Assembly (NCBI RefSeq): GCF_006345805.1
Contig: NC_043008.1
Span: forward strand, 11,222,001 to 11,286,000
Length of the DNA: 64,000 nucleotides
Source: Octopus sinensis
Lineage: Eukaryota
Direction of reading: 5' to 3'
Below the pieces are notes generated by a model. The model searched no databases. It saw only the letters and a program-made list of their open reading frames with translations, and had not been told where the DNA came from. Positions 1-14,821 of this stretch are shown in pieces; the stretch's first letter is position 1, and every line of letters begins with the position of its first letter. The translations under genes were made by a program, and so were the position numbers.

Positions 1-776
1 TTCCCCCTCTTCAGCCGCCTCTGCTTCGTCTACTCCGTGTTTCATACGTGTGTTAAGTGACTACACATGTACGCATATATACGTACACGCAAACCCTCCT
101 ACATGTATGTCTGTAAAATGCAATATTCTCTTTTGAATTTTTGCACCATATGATCTCGTCTTTTCGTATTCTTCATATTCTTTCTTTCGTAAAAACGTTT
201 TTTTTCCTTGGCAACTATTATATTCTATTTGTAACATTTTCCTCCAGTGCCTTATGACATAGAAAAAAAAAAGACATTTGTGTTGTCTGATATATCAAAG
301 CGAACATTTCTATTTTTTGTATTTATTCTTCGATCTACATCTACTTTTTTGTTTGCAACAATAAATAATAAATAATGTTTCAAACATGATTCCTATTAAT
401 TATATGTTGGAGTGGAAATGTATAAAGTCCGAGGTTAATGAATAAATGTAACTTAATTACAGACCAACAAACCTATTTCATCTTCTCTGTTAGATTATCT
501 AGAGATCAATTAGTTCGTTAGTCATTGAAAGCGGTTTCCAATCAATTCATTAATCTCGTATTTGATATTTTATTTAGAAAAATATGAGATACATAATAAC
601 GACAAAAGTGTTTACGAGTGGTTGTATTAATATTTATCTAAATTCACGATAATTCATTAAGTCACGTATGTAATCATAGAACGATGTCGACTGAATTGCT
701 TCGAATGGATAAATTATTGTTATATCTAATATTGAACTCAATACTTCTGCTTGCAGGAATTTCAACGCCTTTTGAA

Positions 777-1098
777 GGTGGCGAGCTGGCAGAAACTTTA
801 GCACGCCGGGCGAAATGCCAAGACGTATTGTCGTCTGCCGCTACGTTCTGGGTTCAAATTCCGCCGAGGTCGACTTTGCCTTTCATCTTTTCGGGGGTCG
901 ATAAATTAAGTACCAGTTACGCACTGGGGTCGATATTATCGACTTAATCCATTTGTCTGTCCTTGTTTGTTCTCTCTGTGTTTAGCCCCTTGTGGGTAGT
1001 AAAGAAATATGTATTTCGTCTGCCGTTACGTTCTGAGTTCAAATTCCGCCGAGGTCGACTTTGCGTTTGATCCCTTCGGGGTCGATAAATTAAGTACC
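777..1098 (+). mobile_element. tRNA-derived SINE group A (full copy 777-1009 followed by a partial second unit 1011-1098)
   Basis: Head GGTGGCGAGCTGGCAGAAAC, B-box-like GGTTCAAATTCC, body GACTTTGCCTTTCATC...GGGGTCGATAAATTAAGTACC, tail ...GGGTAGTAAAGAAATA; near-identical copies at 35209, 38353, 61983. Confidence 0.85.
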
Positions 1099-1225
1099 TT
1101 TGTATCTATATGTGAGTTTGTATGCATATGTATCTAAATGTGTGGTTGTCTGCGTATGTATCTGAATGTGTGTTTGTATGCGTATGTATCTATATGTGTA
1201 TGTTCCTTAACGGTTGATGATTGAG

Positions 1226-1277
1226 TTTCTTATTTCTTTATTGCCCACAAGGGGCTAAACAAAGAGGAGACAAACAA
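1226..1277 (-). mobile_element. Isolated 3' tail fragment of SINE group A, inverted relative to the copy at 777
   Basis: TATTTCTTTATTGCCCACAAGGGGCTAAAC is the reverse complement of the A tail. Confidence 0.75.
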
Positions 1278-2264
1278 CTCGCCTCTTGGTGATTGAGACT
1301 CTTGTAACTCTGAATGCTAAACGAGTGTGAATTACATGTATGCAATTTCGTGAATAAAGAGATGACATGTTATGAGTGTAAACTAAGAGAGGTCTTATGA
1401 ATAACACGACCTAGCGTGAATCATTGTGTTATAACTCTGGTTTCATTAATGCCCCAATATCTAGTGTTCATAATAGATCACGTCAAGAGATGCACATCTT
1501 TTAGTGGGAAACATTTACATGTAGATAGTTACAACTGCATGACATCAAATTACGTGATTCACAGCCAGCTTTGATTTCGATGCCGGAAACCCATTGTTAA
1601 CAGCAGGTGTAACTTTTATTTTTTTAGTATCTTGTGATCATTCGTTTTAATATTTGAGAAAATGCTTACTAATTACTCACCATTCCATTTTAGAGAGACT
1701 AAGAGGTAATATGTAACGTCTGTTTGGGACGAAGGAGTAAGATTTTCTTGTGTCTCATAATGGATGTGGAATGGTGTACTGGGTCAAAATAGATATCACA
1801 AATTCACAAGAAGATTTCATCTCTTACATGTATGTGTTTCCGTGGTGTGGTGCTGTTTATATTTGAAACCCCTAGGTTGTAAAGATTTCTCCATTGTTCG
1901 GGAATGAAAAATAGACAATCTTATGCAAATAACCAAACCATGGTTAAATTTAGATATTTAAATATTTTGATTTATACACGTCCACTGACTCTAGCTTCAT
2001 GATCACCAAATGTTTAGCTATGTTATTAGATATCTAAACATAGCTTCCCTACAAAGATAAAGGAAAACTCGAAATACAGCCACAAGACTGAAATCATTCT
2101 CATTGTATTTGTTTCTCTAAAGAAGTTGTACCTGTATGGAATACCCATAAAATCCTAAGGGAATAATGATATTAATCATAAAGTCTTACCGCAAACACTT
2201 TCAACATTAGTCATCATCAATGTATTTTACTCGTTTAGTTGCAGTAATAGTGAAGAATTCATTA

Positions 2265-2521
2265 AATAAATAAATGCGCCCTTTTAAAGCCAGCCAGGTC
2301 ATGGACCCGGTTTCTCGCTTTCAATGGTGTATGTGTTCCCCAGCTGGACGGGACGCCAGTCCATCGCAGCGTTACTCACTTTTGCCAGCTGAGTGGACTG
2401 GAACATCGTGAAATGAAGTGTTTTGCTCAAAGAACACAACGCGTCGCCCGGTCCAGGAATCGAAACCACAATCTTACGATCATGATGCTGACACCCTAAC
2501 CACTAACCAACGCGTCTCCAC
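2265..2521 (-). mobile_element. tRNA-derived SINE group C with 13-bp target-site duplication
   Basis: tRNA-like head, CORE-like TGTGTTCTTTGAGCAAAACACTTC, (ATTT)n tail; GAAGAATTCATTA duplicated at 2252-2264 and 2522-2534; homolog at 16871. Confidence 0.9.
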
Positions 2522-3344
2522 GAAGAATTCATTACTGAATTAAAATTTTTCAGGCCTGGCTATATATATCTCTTAGAAATTTGACATGTTGCCGTAATCA
2601 AAATACATGATCTCCTAACGACTGTAAATCCGGAACTGAACGCATTTCCCATACGACAGTAGCCCATCCAACCTACTCCGTGTTCGATATAAATTAGACA
2701 TAATTACCTTCGCCATCCTCTAAGAATAGCATTTAGACAGTTTTGCAGACACTGCATCACTTATCTTTATACAAACATGAATCTCACACAACCCTGAACT
2801 CATTCCTATTTTCGTTACCTTTTACAAGTTATAACTTGCTAACAGTAATATTACAGTATAAAACGCGAGTCATTTTGATTATTATCGTAAAAGCGCTGTA
2901 TTTATGCTCTCTTAAAATATTAATCTATTTTAGATGACTCATACGCAATATATATATATTTGAAACGTAACTCAATTTAATACATCCATTGGGGAAGAAA
3001 TAGAAAACTAAAATCTGCAACAAATATTTCAATTTCGTTCGTTTCTAACCTTGGTCTATTTATTTTTGATATAGAACCGATTCGATAAGATTTTCTTTCA
3101 AGAATGTGTGCGTGCGCACTCGTGCACAAAGATAGTGATTTGCTTAAATTTATTATTAAATGCAATTACTTATTTGAGGAAATGTCAGCCTACTTGCGAG
3201 AACATCTCTGAAAAGTTTTCTGCGAAACATTTACAATTCCATTGTTAGAAACACACAGATATACATAGACGCAAACATAGAAACACACACTCTTACACAC
3301 CTACATAAACATACATGTGTATGAAAGTGCGTGTGTATATGTGT

Positions 3345-3700
<356 letters not shown>

Positions 3701-4197
3701 TGTAGAACACTATTTTATCAATACTTGATAATTACAATCGAAAATAATTCAATTTACAGTAGAAGTCATTATTTCAGATCTATTTTCAGCCGTATCTATT
3801 TTGGGAAAAGATGATCATAATCCATATAGCCCTCAGACATAACTAAATCGGCAAGTAAGCTTTTCATTTAACTCTATGAAATCGATACATACCATCATGT
3901 GAAATATATGCCATTGTTTACACCGCTTACGTCATTCATTTAATAATATAGTTGGGAACGTACGAAATCATTATAAATCCGAGTAAATGGTTTTAAATTT
4001 AACATTTCGGCAACACCTATGACTTCGATAGCAAGTAGCACATATAAGGAAGTTATTGTCATGAGAAATCTGCGCACTGATGTAACGATTTCTTCTATAA
4101 TTTGCATGTATCCTCCATCTTAAGAAAGAGCGTAAAATGCTTTAGCAACTTAAATGGGTGAATTAAGAAAACAACTAATAGATTTAATACAAACTTT

Positions 4198-4401
4198 GGT
4201 ATATCAAGTTCGTGGTTTTGGGTAAAAGAAAATACAGGAAGATTGTGATTTTATTCGACATATTCCCTTCTCCGATTCATAACTTTATTGCAGAGGTCCT
4301 TTAGTTTTTCTAAGCCCTGCAGAAGAACTCGGAAGGCTGGGTCTGCAACCAGGCATTTCGCGATACTCTTAAAGCCAGGAACCTTTCGGCACTCCCTCGT
4401 A
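4198..4401 (-). mobile_element. Mariner-derived MITE retaining only the transposase C-terminus
   Basis: Minus end TACGAGGGAGTGCCGAAAGGTTCCTGGCTTT with a degenerate counterpart near 4198; translations WLQTQPSEFF and GLEKLKDLCNKVMNRRREYVE* resemble the mariner C-terminus. Confidence 0.7.
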
Positions 4402-5486
4402 CGCTTAATCTGGCGTTATTGAAGGAAATAACGCAAGAAAAAAGAAAACAGAGCGTAAATATCCCCTTACAGCAGTTTGAATATACAAATAAAATCAGAA
4501 GAATGGATGCAATTTATCCCTGAGACATGAATTTCAGTATTCATACGCTGACTAAACTGAATTGCTTGGAATTTCAATTATAAACGCTAAAGATGTTATG
4601 CCAGCACAAATAAATAATAAATAAATTATATGCTCAAACGTTAATTAATAAATGAGTACTAAATACAAATCTTTGTCAATAGTGTCATGTTTGTATTCAT
4701 ACTTCTGCAAATATTTGTCATTTTAAACTATACAAATAAACATACATTTTCGCATACAGGCAGATATTTACAGGCAAGTACATACAGACATATTTTTACA
4801 CATATGGACATATACATATTTAATTGTCAACAAACAATCATTCTTTTATAATACATCTTTATTTACAATAGGAGGAAATAAGAGATATTTGGCTTCGGCA
4901 AGGACTTAATACAAATAGCTAAAATATGAAATATATTTTATGCATGTGAAGAATAAAATTTAACGATTTGGACATCTTAGTTTCCCGAGAGAAATAAATA
5001 CATAAATGTTTTATCACTAGACCGAAATGCTGAGAATTAATTTTATGTGTTTAAGTGCAACAAAGTATTTGGTTTAGTATTTTTGGAGGCAAATTACTGG
5101 AAAATAGAACACCATACTTGATTTACAGTTTGTACAAAGAAGTATTTTTGTATTTAACATTATATTTAACGTTATGCTGGTATAAACGGCATAAATGATA
5201 ACTGCACATTTATTTCAGGAAGCAATATACTTTCTAGGTATTTGGAGGCTGAGGTACATTTATGTTAGAATAAGTGCAATGTGCACAATGTGTGCAGTAT
5301 AGCGTTTTCGAATCATGCCTGCAGGAAATAATTGAATGGGTCTGTTTTAGTGCTGTTATTGTTCAGAAAAGATCCAACTTAAGACTTATGGAAGAAGTGT
5401 CGAACTCCTCCTTTCACAACTATATTCAATTGAGCACGGTCTGATATTTAGGGTCCAGACTTGTTCAATTGCCTACCTGAATAAAT

Positions 5487-5587
<101 letters not shown>

Positions 5588-5789
5588 TGTAATGAAACAT
5601 TTACAACATCATTGGCTTAACTCTTAAATGACGCCATGAGATAGGGTAACCATTCAAAGATACAGCCAGAAAAGGCCAGCTGCTATAACATCAGTCACAA
5701 GGCGCAACAAAACTGAAAGAAAATAAATTGAGGTGAAGCTCCAACATAGACGCAGTCTTACGACTGAAAACGATATGTATGTTGTAGTG

Positions 5790-6462
5790 TACGATTTTCG
5801 TCATGCACATGAAGTTTGGAACAGAGAGCCGACGTGAAATTTTGCCTTAAACATGGGAAATATGTTATAGAGACATACTTCGGCAAGCTTACATCGACGA
5901 GGCTATGTGTCGTATGCAATGTTTCAATGGCATAGGTGCTTCAAAAACGGAAGAACGTCCTTGAGAAGCCTTGGGCAATGTGGAAGAACTGTCACGAGCG
6001 TTAATCCTTGAAATGTGGAGAGAATTCGTCAGCTTGTGCATGACGATCGTCGGAGGACAATCACTGACATTGCTGATGTTGTTGTTCTTTTGTATGAGTT
6101 CGCGGAGGCAATCTTAATCTGGATTCTTCACGACGACAATGCAACCTATGACCGAGGTCTCTGCACTCGTGAGTTTCTCGCTTGAAACAGCATGATGTCG
6201 CTTTCGAACACGCTTTAGCACCCACGGACTTCTATCCCTTACTCAAGATGAAAAGGCAGCTCAAACGTCGCCGTTTTAACACTCGTCGCAGAAGGTCCTC
6301 GAGTCACGGAAAGCGACTTCCTTCCGGATTCCAAAAGTGGCAGAAACGTTAGAACCGATGTATTGCTGTGCAAGGGGAATACTTCTAAGTTTTTGTGAAG
6401 ACTTAGGTAAATAATTCATTTTTTATTAAACATAACTACTGGAACTTTTTGATACCACCTCG
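5790..6462 (+). mobile_element. Internally deleted mariner transposon fossil
   Basis: Broken frames EQRADVKFCLKHGK, WHRCFKNGRTSL, NVERIRQLVHDDRRRTITDIADVV, WILHDDNA, LAPTDF, FQKWQKR*NRCIAVQGEYF; right TIR-like GGAACTTTTTGATACCACCTCG at 6441-6462; left TIR not found. Confidence 0.85.
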
Positions 6463-8675
6463 AATACATAGACGAAATATACATATATAAAACATGCATA
6501 TCCCCGGACAGGTACACATCCACACCCCCAAATATACACATATACATACATGTATACAGAGAAAGAGAGAGAGAGAGAGTGGGAAGGGATACATGGTTAC
6601 AAAAATATAAATATCTAAGAATAACGCAGGTGAGGAGAGTATTCAATAATGAGGTTCGCGGGATATAATGTATGATCCACTGAAACGTCATGGGGGTTTT
6701 CTCCCAGTTTCTCCTAATATATCTGTTGGCTATTATATAAAAAACACAATATAGATGTTGTTATATTACGAATATGATGAGAAAACATTTGTATATTATA
6801 GTGAAGGTATTTGTGTAATACAGAATAAGAAATGCGATATGGCTAGTTTTATAAAACAATGATCCTTGTAGTTCCGAAGAGAATTTCGAAGTTTAATAAA
6901 ATTTTCAATAATTTTAAGCTTGCTTTTAATGTGTATTTAATTATTTGACCCCACCAAAATGGTTGTCGTCTCCATTTAATGTAAATAATACAAACTAGTT
7001 GATTTGATTAGAACCACACCATTTTTAAAAATTAAACACCTCTGAATTCTTGGCACTAGGAATAGCGTCTTGCAAATGCTTACCTTCTATGGAGGGCTGT
7101 GGTCATTAATACAAAAAAAAATTTATTTACTCCTTCTGATCGTAGTTCGAACCTAAGTGGTGAATTTTGTTGGCCGCGAATTCACTGTTACGATGATGGG
7201 GCACATATATATACTGAATAATGTAATGAGTTTTACGTTAACGAAAGAGAGATACATTTCTGTTGGAAAAGAAAATTAATCGCGAACATGTACACATATA
7301 CACACACACACAAAACTGCATACACGTACACACAAATTCGGGTACGTGCTCGCACACACACACACACACACACACAAATAAATACGTATAAAGAAAAATA
7401 TAGACACAGCTATAAGTATTGCTAATTTGAAATCTTTTCTGATTTTTGCTTTAAATATTAGTAAGATAAATACTGAGATTGCAAATGGAGAGATGTGGAA
7501 TATTCTTGAAGCATATTTAGAATACAAACTATTACTTTTATTCAAATATTGCGTTAGATATGCAGATACTTAAATCTTACGCTTATGGATTTTGCTAAAT
7601 GATTCTTATCATTTATATTTTAATTTTTTTTCTAAATCGTTTAATACTCACATTTATTCTAACATTTACTACTTCAGAAACGAAATTAAAAAAAGAAGGA
7701 AATGATTTCAGCAAAATTTATGAGCATATGCGACAGAAATAAAGATGCTGAGTTATACAATTTTAAAGAGTAGAAACAGCAACATAAATGATATATCTTT
7801 AATAACGTATAAAGAAGCAAGAATTAAATCCAAAAATTTTAAATTAAAAAAAAAGTAGTTCGGTTTTGCCTCACAATTTCTTATGATTAATGGTGTTAGA
7901 AAAGTAATAAATGCGTTAACAAAAATATATGTAAAACCAAATAAAATTTTTATGAAGTTGTGTTCAGATATAAAAGGCAGATATATTATTTTCAAAAATT
8001 TTAAGGAATTTCATACATGTTAATAATTAAGAAGAAACGTATGATAATGGTATTATATATGGAACAAAGCAATTTGTTATTTGAGATACTACATAACATT
8101 ATTTTTTATTTGTGTTGCATTTAATTTTCGTTCTTTCTTTAGTGGCTTTCATTTTAAATTGTAAGCAATTGTTCTAAACTGGATAAAACAATGAAATTAT
8201 CTTAACACACATTGACAGTTTAGTTTTCACAATAAAAATTGCTCTGTATGGTTAAGGAAAGTAAATTCCAAGGATCGCCATATATTTTCCAATTGATTTG
8301 GTAGCGACAGGGAAGCAAACTAAAGGATTGCGTTGAAATACAATTAGAACATTCTAGTAATGTCGCTACGGGAACTGAAAAAAAGGGAGACGCGTCATAT
8401 GCATATGTAAATAGAACAATACTTATTCAAATATTCCTGTATATGCATACATACAGAAACACAGATGTGTGTGTGTGCGTGTGCTTGTGTGTATCTGTAC
8501 ACACACGGTTTCATACATACAAACGTACACTTACATACACATATAAATATACATATACATATACATATATATATATATATATACATATATATATACATAC
8601 ATATATATATATATATGTGTGTGTGTGTGCATGTATGTATAAAATTCACTAGAGTGGATGAAAGCGCTAATATGT

Positions 8676-9045
8676 GATTAGTTAGTTAGTTAGTTAATTT
8701 GGCTCAAAAGCAAATAGCAAGGCCATGTAGGGGGACATGGAGTTAAGTACAGGGTGGTGTTCATGTAAAGAGTTCAGGCCACTTGAGGTCCAGGGAGGCT
8801 TTGAACAAAGCGGTCGTCGGCATCTTCACCATCTCGTCTGGCAGCTTGTTCCACGGATCCGCAACCCGGACGGAGAAAGCTCCTCTCCTTCGATTGAGAT
8901 GAAATCGTCGCAGGTAGGGCTTTTCGGAATGACCCCGCAGCCGACGCTCTGGAGCAGGAGTGAAGAACAGCTCTTTCGAGAGGTTACACTTTCCGCTTAT
9001 GATGTTGTGGGCGAGAATGAGATCACCACGGCGGCGGCGTTTTTC
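8676..9045 (-). mobile_element. 5'-truncated CR1-type LINE 3' end
   Basis: Minus translation EKRRRRGDLILAHNIISG...LRGHSEK...FSVRVADPWNKLPDEMV...FKASLD typical of the CR1-group ORF2 terminus; (TAAC)n tail. Confidence 0.85.
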
Positions 9046-9168
9046 AATATGATATATGATTTATAAAAACATGTAACATACTAATAAATACCTGTAAATA
9101 TAAAACCATCTAGATTCCTGAGTACCTCATTTCTACTAATTATAATACCTGTACATCATCTTCAAACC

Positions 9169-9208
<40 letters not shown>

Positions 9209-9635
9209 GAAAAACTTGGAGAATGGCTACATGACTTTGTAAAAGATAGAACTCAGGTAGTGGTGGTCAATGGAGTCGCCTCCGAGGAAACACAAATAAC
9301 GAGTGGCGTTCCACAGGGCACTGGGCAGGGGGACACTGCTATTCATAGTGACCCTCTCTGACATGCGCTCAGCTGCTCAAGTAGCCAACTGTGCTAGCTA
9401 TGAAGATGATACAAACGTCTGGATACTTTGGACATCTGCAACGTGAATTGGACGTAATATACAGCTGGGGCGAGGAAAATAACATGCAGTTTAATGCTGA
9501 ACAAGTTCAAGCCCTGCGATATCAACATATGAGGATCAATAAAACACAAAGAGGATACACTGACCCAGGAGGGATTGCAATCCCTGAATCAAAATCAGTG
9601 AGTGGCCTGGTCATCGACATGAGTAATGATGCATA
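9209..9635 (+). mobile_element. CR1/L2-group LINE reverse-transcriptase fragment (degraded)
   Basis: WLHDFVKDRTQVVVVNG...SGVPQGT...YEDDT...LQRELDVIYSWGEENNMQFN. Confidence 0.85.
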
Positions 9636-9914
9636 CAGGGGATAAATTAGATTTGTGATATTTATTCCAGTACTCTGCAAGCTGTGTTCAAGTGGCTCAG
9701 GCGAAATGTATTCTCTTCCTCTTCAGATTGTATTTATAAATGAAGCGTGCAGGCATGTAATATTTTTCCCCACTGATTTAGCCTTAAATTTGACTTAGAT
9801 CTACAGATATCTCTGAGTAACTGCTTATATGTTATCTACCCGAATAGGAAATATCTTACTCGAGTAACTGAATATTCACCAGCAAAGCAGACAGAGAATC
9901 AACCATTATAGATA

Positions 9915-10370
9915 TATTTCTTTATTGTTCACATGGGGATGAACTTAGAGGATACAAACAAGGACAGACAACGGGATTAAATTGACTACATCGACCCCAG
10001 TGCGTAACTGGTACTTATTTAATCGATCCCGAAAGGATGAAAGGCAAAGCCGTCCTTGGCGGAATTTGATCTCAGAACGTAACGGTAGACGAAATGCCGC
10101 AAAGCATTTCGCCCAGCGTGCTAAGAATTCTGCCAGCTCACCGGAAAACTTGTGTGTTTATTAAACTTTAACCAATAAAAGTGGCACACACTTAATCATG
10201 TTGTTTCAAATATTGGTGCAAATTTAGCGGAGGATAAGTCAATTATGCCAACCCTAGTTTTCAAATTCGACTTCGAAACTATGAATGTCAAAGTCAGTCT
10301 TGGTGGAATTTGGATTCTTGTTGCAAAGATGCGGAGGAAATGCTGCAAAGCATTTTGTCCAGAACGCTAT
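9915..10370 (-). mobile_element. SINE group A copy (9915-10142) plus an older degraded A-like copy (about 10205-10370)
   Basis: Reverse-complement match to the A head, body and tail. Confidence 0.75.
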
Positions 10371-10989
10371 ATGTGAAATTGAATATTTGATGATTTAACA
10401 CTCATAATATTAAATTTTTGCTATGACATTGATTCGATATTCAATTTTAATACACTCCTTGTTTTTGTCCACAGTATATTTCTCCTCCTTCAAATCGGTA
10501 CGTGAGATATCTAAAAAAAGAGCCAGACATTGGATCTTTTATTTATAGGAAGAAGGTGTTGTGCAAGTATTTGCACTCTTTTACCAACCTTAATTGTAAA
10601 GCAATAATTTCCAAATTTGTTGCAATATCATAAACACCTTGCTTGAATACAACTAGTGTAATCGACAAACTGAAGGAAACTGAGGCGAATGTTCTATCGA
10701 AAGTAATGCAGAAGTTGACGAACTTTCTGTATAATCTTTCCTTTATACAAAGTTTGAACCACACTCTGAAATTTGCTTTGAAAATACTTAAATTTGCACT
10801 GTTTTATCCGGTTCTTCCTATCCAATTATACTTTCACATTCACTAAATCAATGTCCCAGAAGATTTGTTTTTGTTTGATCAAGCAACTGGAAGTTGAGAT
10901 CCACCTCATGTGAGCTCTGTGGTGGATGGTTTCAGTCTTTGGTGTTCACGTAACAAAAGCGTTCCATAAAATCAGGAGGAATGATGCCA

Positions 10990-11450
10990 CCATGTATTCG
11001 GATTGTTGGCTTTTCCACCTATGTTAAATGATTTTTCGTTTTCATATTATAGAGATACACACACATTGTATCCTTCGTCATCAGAACGAAAGTAGTTGTC
11101 TTTATTGTCAAATGTTTTTAGCAGTTACGAGGCGTCATCGAATGGAGTGTCAATTCCCGACGCACTTTACACACATTTTCCGATGCTTAAAGTCTTTCAC
11201 CCTTTTCTGTTAAACATTGTCATCACTTCTACAGCAAGCTCACGCACTTTGACATATCTCTCCGCACTAATTAAATCGTACATTCGTGTCAGTAATTGCA
11301 ATTGATGGCTGCCCCACTGCACAATTTGTTGTCAAAGCGATTTTCTTCTTAAACCTTTGAACGTTGGTCCTATCAAGGGTCTCACATTCCTAAACGGTAT
11401 GTGTATGGTGGACAACTTACACAACTCTTTGAACAAAATGATGACACCTT
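10990..11450 (-). mobile_element. Highly degraded mariner transposase fossil
   Basis: Minus fragments SGQPSIAITDTNV, LISAERYVKVRELAVEV, RKMCVKCV-RELT (WVPREL-like), TKDTMCVYLYNMKTKN (TGDETWVYHYDPETK-like). Confidence 0.6.
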
Positions 11451-12094
11451 CCTCGGGTTTGAATCCATTCGTTTCCTACAACGAAGAAGTACAAGAATCG
11501 AATTACTACAAAGCGAGAGTTACTCTTCCTCTCAAAAACTTGAACAGCTTCTGCCAGTTAAAGAAAATATTATGCAAACGTTTGTATTACATTCACTATA
11601 ACACCCGTATATGTTAAATCACTTGCGATTTGAGGAAAGGCAAATTTTACCTAAGTCTCATTTGAAAACATCAGAAATTAAAGTCACAAAAACTTAGATA
11701 TTTTGTTCGTTGTTATACCAATTTTATCTTATTCTGTTAATTACTTATTTCACTGTATTTTGCTCGTATGTAAAGTATTTTGTAGGAAATTACAAGGAAA
11801 TGTGTCGCTCTAACACCAATAAAAAACAAGTACGGAGAGAGACCAGAATTAAATATGCCCACCTCATAATTAACATGAATTGCTTTCTGTCATGGATATA
11901 GTTACTGCGAAATAATACATTGTATTCCAGCTATTTTGTGCCTGGTGTCGGAAAATGTACATCCAAATGTAATGCCGAAGAGAACGGAAACTATTGTTCA
12001 ACTCCAGGAAAATAGGCTCCAAAAGATTTGAAATTAGCAATAATATTTAGCGCCCTCCTTCTCATACTCACCTACTTCTCTTTCTTCCCCCACA

Positions 12095-12114
12095 ACACAT
12101 ATATACATATATAT

Positions 12115-12193
<79 letters not shown>

Positions 12194-12281
12194 TCATATA
12201 TGAATATATATATATATACATATATATATAAACTTATATATGTATATATACATACATAAATACATACATGCATACATATAT

Positions 12282-12325
<44 letters not shown>

Positions 12326-12408
12326 TACATGCATACATATATATATATATATACATATATATATAAATTTATATATGTATATATACATACATAAATGCAT
12401 ACATGCAT

Positions 12409-12474
<66 letters not shown>

Positions 12475-12487
12475 ATGTGCGTGTGTG

Positions 12488-12535
<48 letters not shown>

Positions 12536-12540
12536 CGTGT
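12095..12540. repeat. Compound TA/CA/TG microsatellite with internal higher-order duplication
   Basis: Direct inspection. Confidence 0.9.
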
Positions 12541-13579
12541 ATCTAGAATTCTGTATAAATATTGCCAAATGCATACACCGCAAAAGCAGAAGGCATTTTG
12601 AGATTTTGATCGTGTTGTACTGTGCATTATTTATTGATAAGATTGGATGAGAGAAGCAAAAAAGAAAAAAAAAATTAAATATTTTAAGACAAACTGAAAT
12701 TCTTGTAAAAAAAAAAAAAAGAAAGATATTTTCAAAATGAAATTACTGTTATATTTAATTAACACATACTCCATTTGTTTGCACTCTTTCTGGTCTTTTC
12801 TCTTTTTGCTTTTTATTTTTCTATTCCGTCCGCAATTTAGTAAATAGACATAGAATGTTTATCTGAATAATTATTTCAAAGATGATGAACCAATATTCAT
12901 GGAGCCATTTCACAAGTAAAATTACACATTTACAACGCTTTAAGATAGTTTCAATCAGATACAACATCAACGAACAATAGAGTACGTAAAACACATAATT
13001 GTAATATATTATTGGAGTTATTTATTTTTAATAAAGTTCAAAAATTCCCGTATCATTGATATTCAGATCAAATAGGTAAAAAAAAAAATACTAAAACAAA
13101 TAGAAGAAATAAAATAAATAGACAGAGGAAATTTAGACGTATTTGGCAAAGTGAAGTGACCTATCTTTACAAGTCTAGTATAATGTTGGCACCCACAGTA
13201 GACAGCCAGTCTAGTTGAGGTTTTAGTAATATCGCTTTTTATCAGAAATATATATTAGACGTGATTTTGCCATTTTCATGTTTTTTACTATTGTTTTCAG
13301 ATTCTCAGCACAGATTTTCCACATTTCCTAAGCCTGTTAATATTATCATCTCTTACCCCCACCTCACCAGTTTGTTATTTTCTTCCATATCCTTTCTTTC
13401 TTCCAATTTAATTATGTATTCCTATAAACACATATATGTGTATATTTTATATCTATATATGCATATATGTGTACACTCATACACACGCACACATATATAT
13501 ATATACATATATAAATATGTATGTATGTATAAATATTTGTGTGCGTGTATGGTGCGTGCGTGTATGTGTATATATGTGT

Positions 13580-13611
<32 letters not shown>

Positions 13612-14821
13612 TTGTACTTTCATAGACATATTTATAAACCATTATTCACGCGGAGATATATACTGCAGACAGTGTATGTTTATATGACTTCATATACGAA
13701 ATTATTTCTATAGAAGTAGGAAAATAACACACACACACGCAGATACGCATACGCACACACACACATGCACACACATACATACACGCTTATATATATGCGT
13801 GTGCACGTATACAGGAATATTTGTTTTCTTTTATTTACATATGTATAAAATTTATGGTTGCTTAACTACACATATGAGTGTACGTGCACATATATTAGAC
13901 ACACAACGAACAAACTTGCACACACAGACACACACAAACACAAACACACACAAACACACGCACATATTCGTACATTCATAAACATATTTAGGAACGGAAC
14001 GCAAATTTATATATGAAAATATATGCATATCTTTGCTCACTGAATATAATCTAGCATTATAAAAACATAGTTGTAGACTGTATGATATATTTGTGTACAT
14101 AAATATGTATTTTCATATACACTTATGCATGTTCATCAAAATAATACCGAACACTGCAGTAAATATATGTTTTCTTGGAACATAGAAGTCAGTCAATCTA
14201 TTGAGACATAAATACACTGGAGCCAATCAGAAAGGCCGTTTATTGTCAAGTGAATTGCAATAAAAAGGAGCCATATCGCTCTCGTATCAGTTGGTACTGT
14301 TTTAAGAACAGACGAACATATCGGACAACAATGTACAATGAAATATTAAATGTAGGTGCTCATTGATAAAACAGTTTTGGACAATACAGGCTGGCATTTG
14401 ACTATTCAAGTACTTTGAAAATAACAGTAAATTACCACATGCTTTTTTAATACTCAGTAAATATGTGCGTGTAGTATTCTTGTGCATTTGTATATCGTTT
14501 CATCTACATGGATAAGGATGGTAAAACTGGGGGAAAAAAAGGCTGAATAAATGAAGGAAATTATTTATTTACGAGTGCAAGCACACAGACACGCAAATGT
14601 AGACAGTTTCACATACACATACAAAGAAATATAGACTTAAATCAAGAGTCGTCTGCTATCGTAAAATATGTTACCGTTCTGTATCTTGTTTTAGTATTGG
14701 TTGATCTCTTTCTGACATGCTAATAGCAAGAAACGCAAACGAAGTTGCAACGAGTGTGAGCCACTATGAATAATGATGGAGGATGAATGGAGGGAAATGG
14801 GAAAAAAAAGCTTTACTGAAA

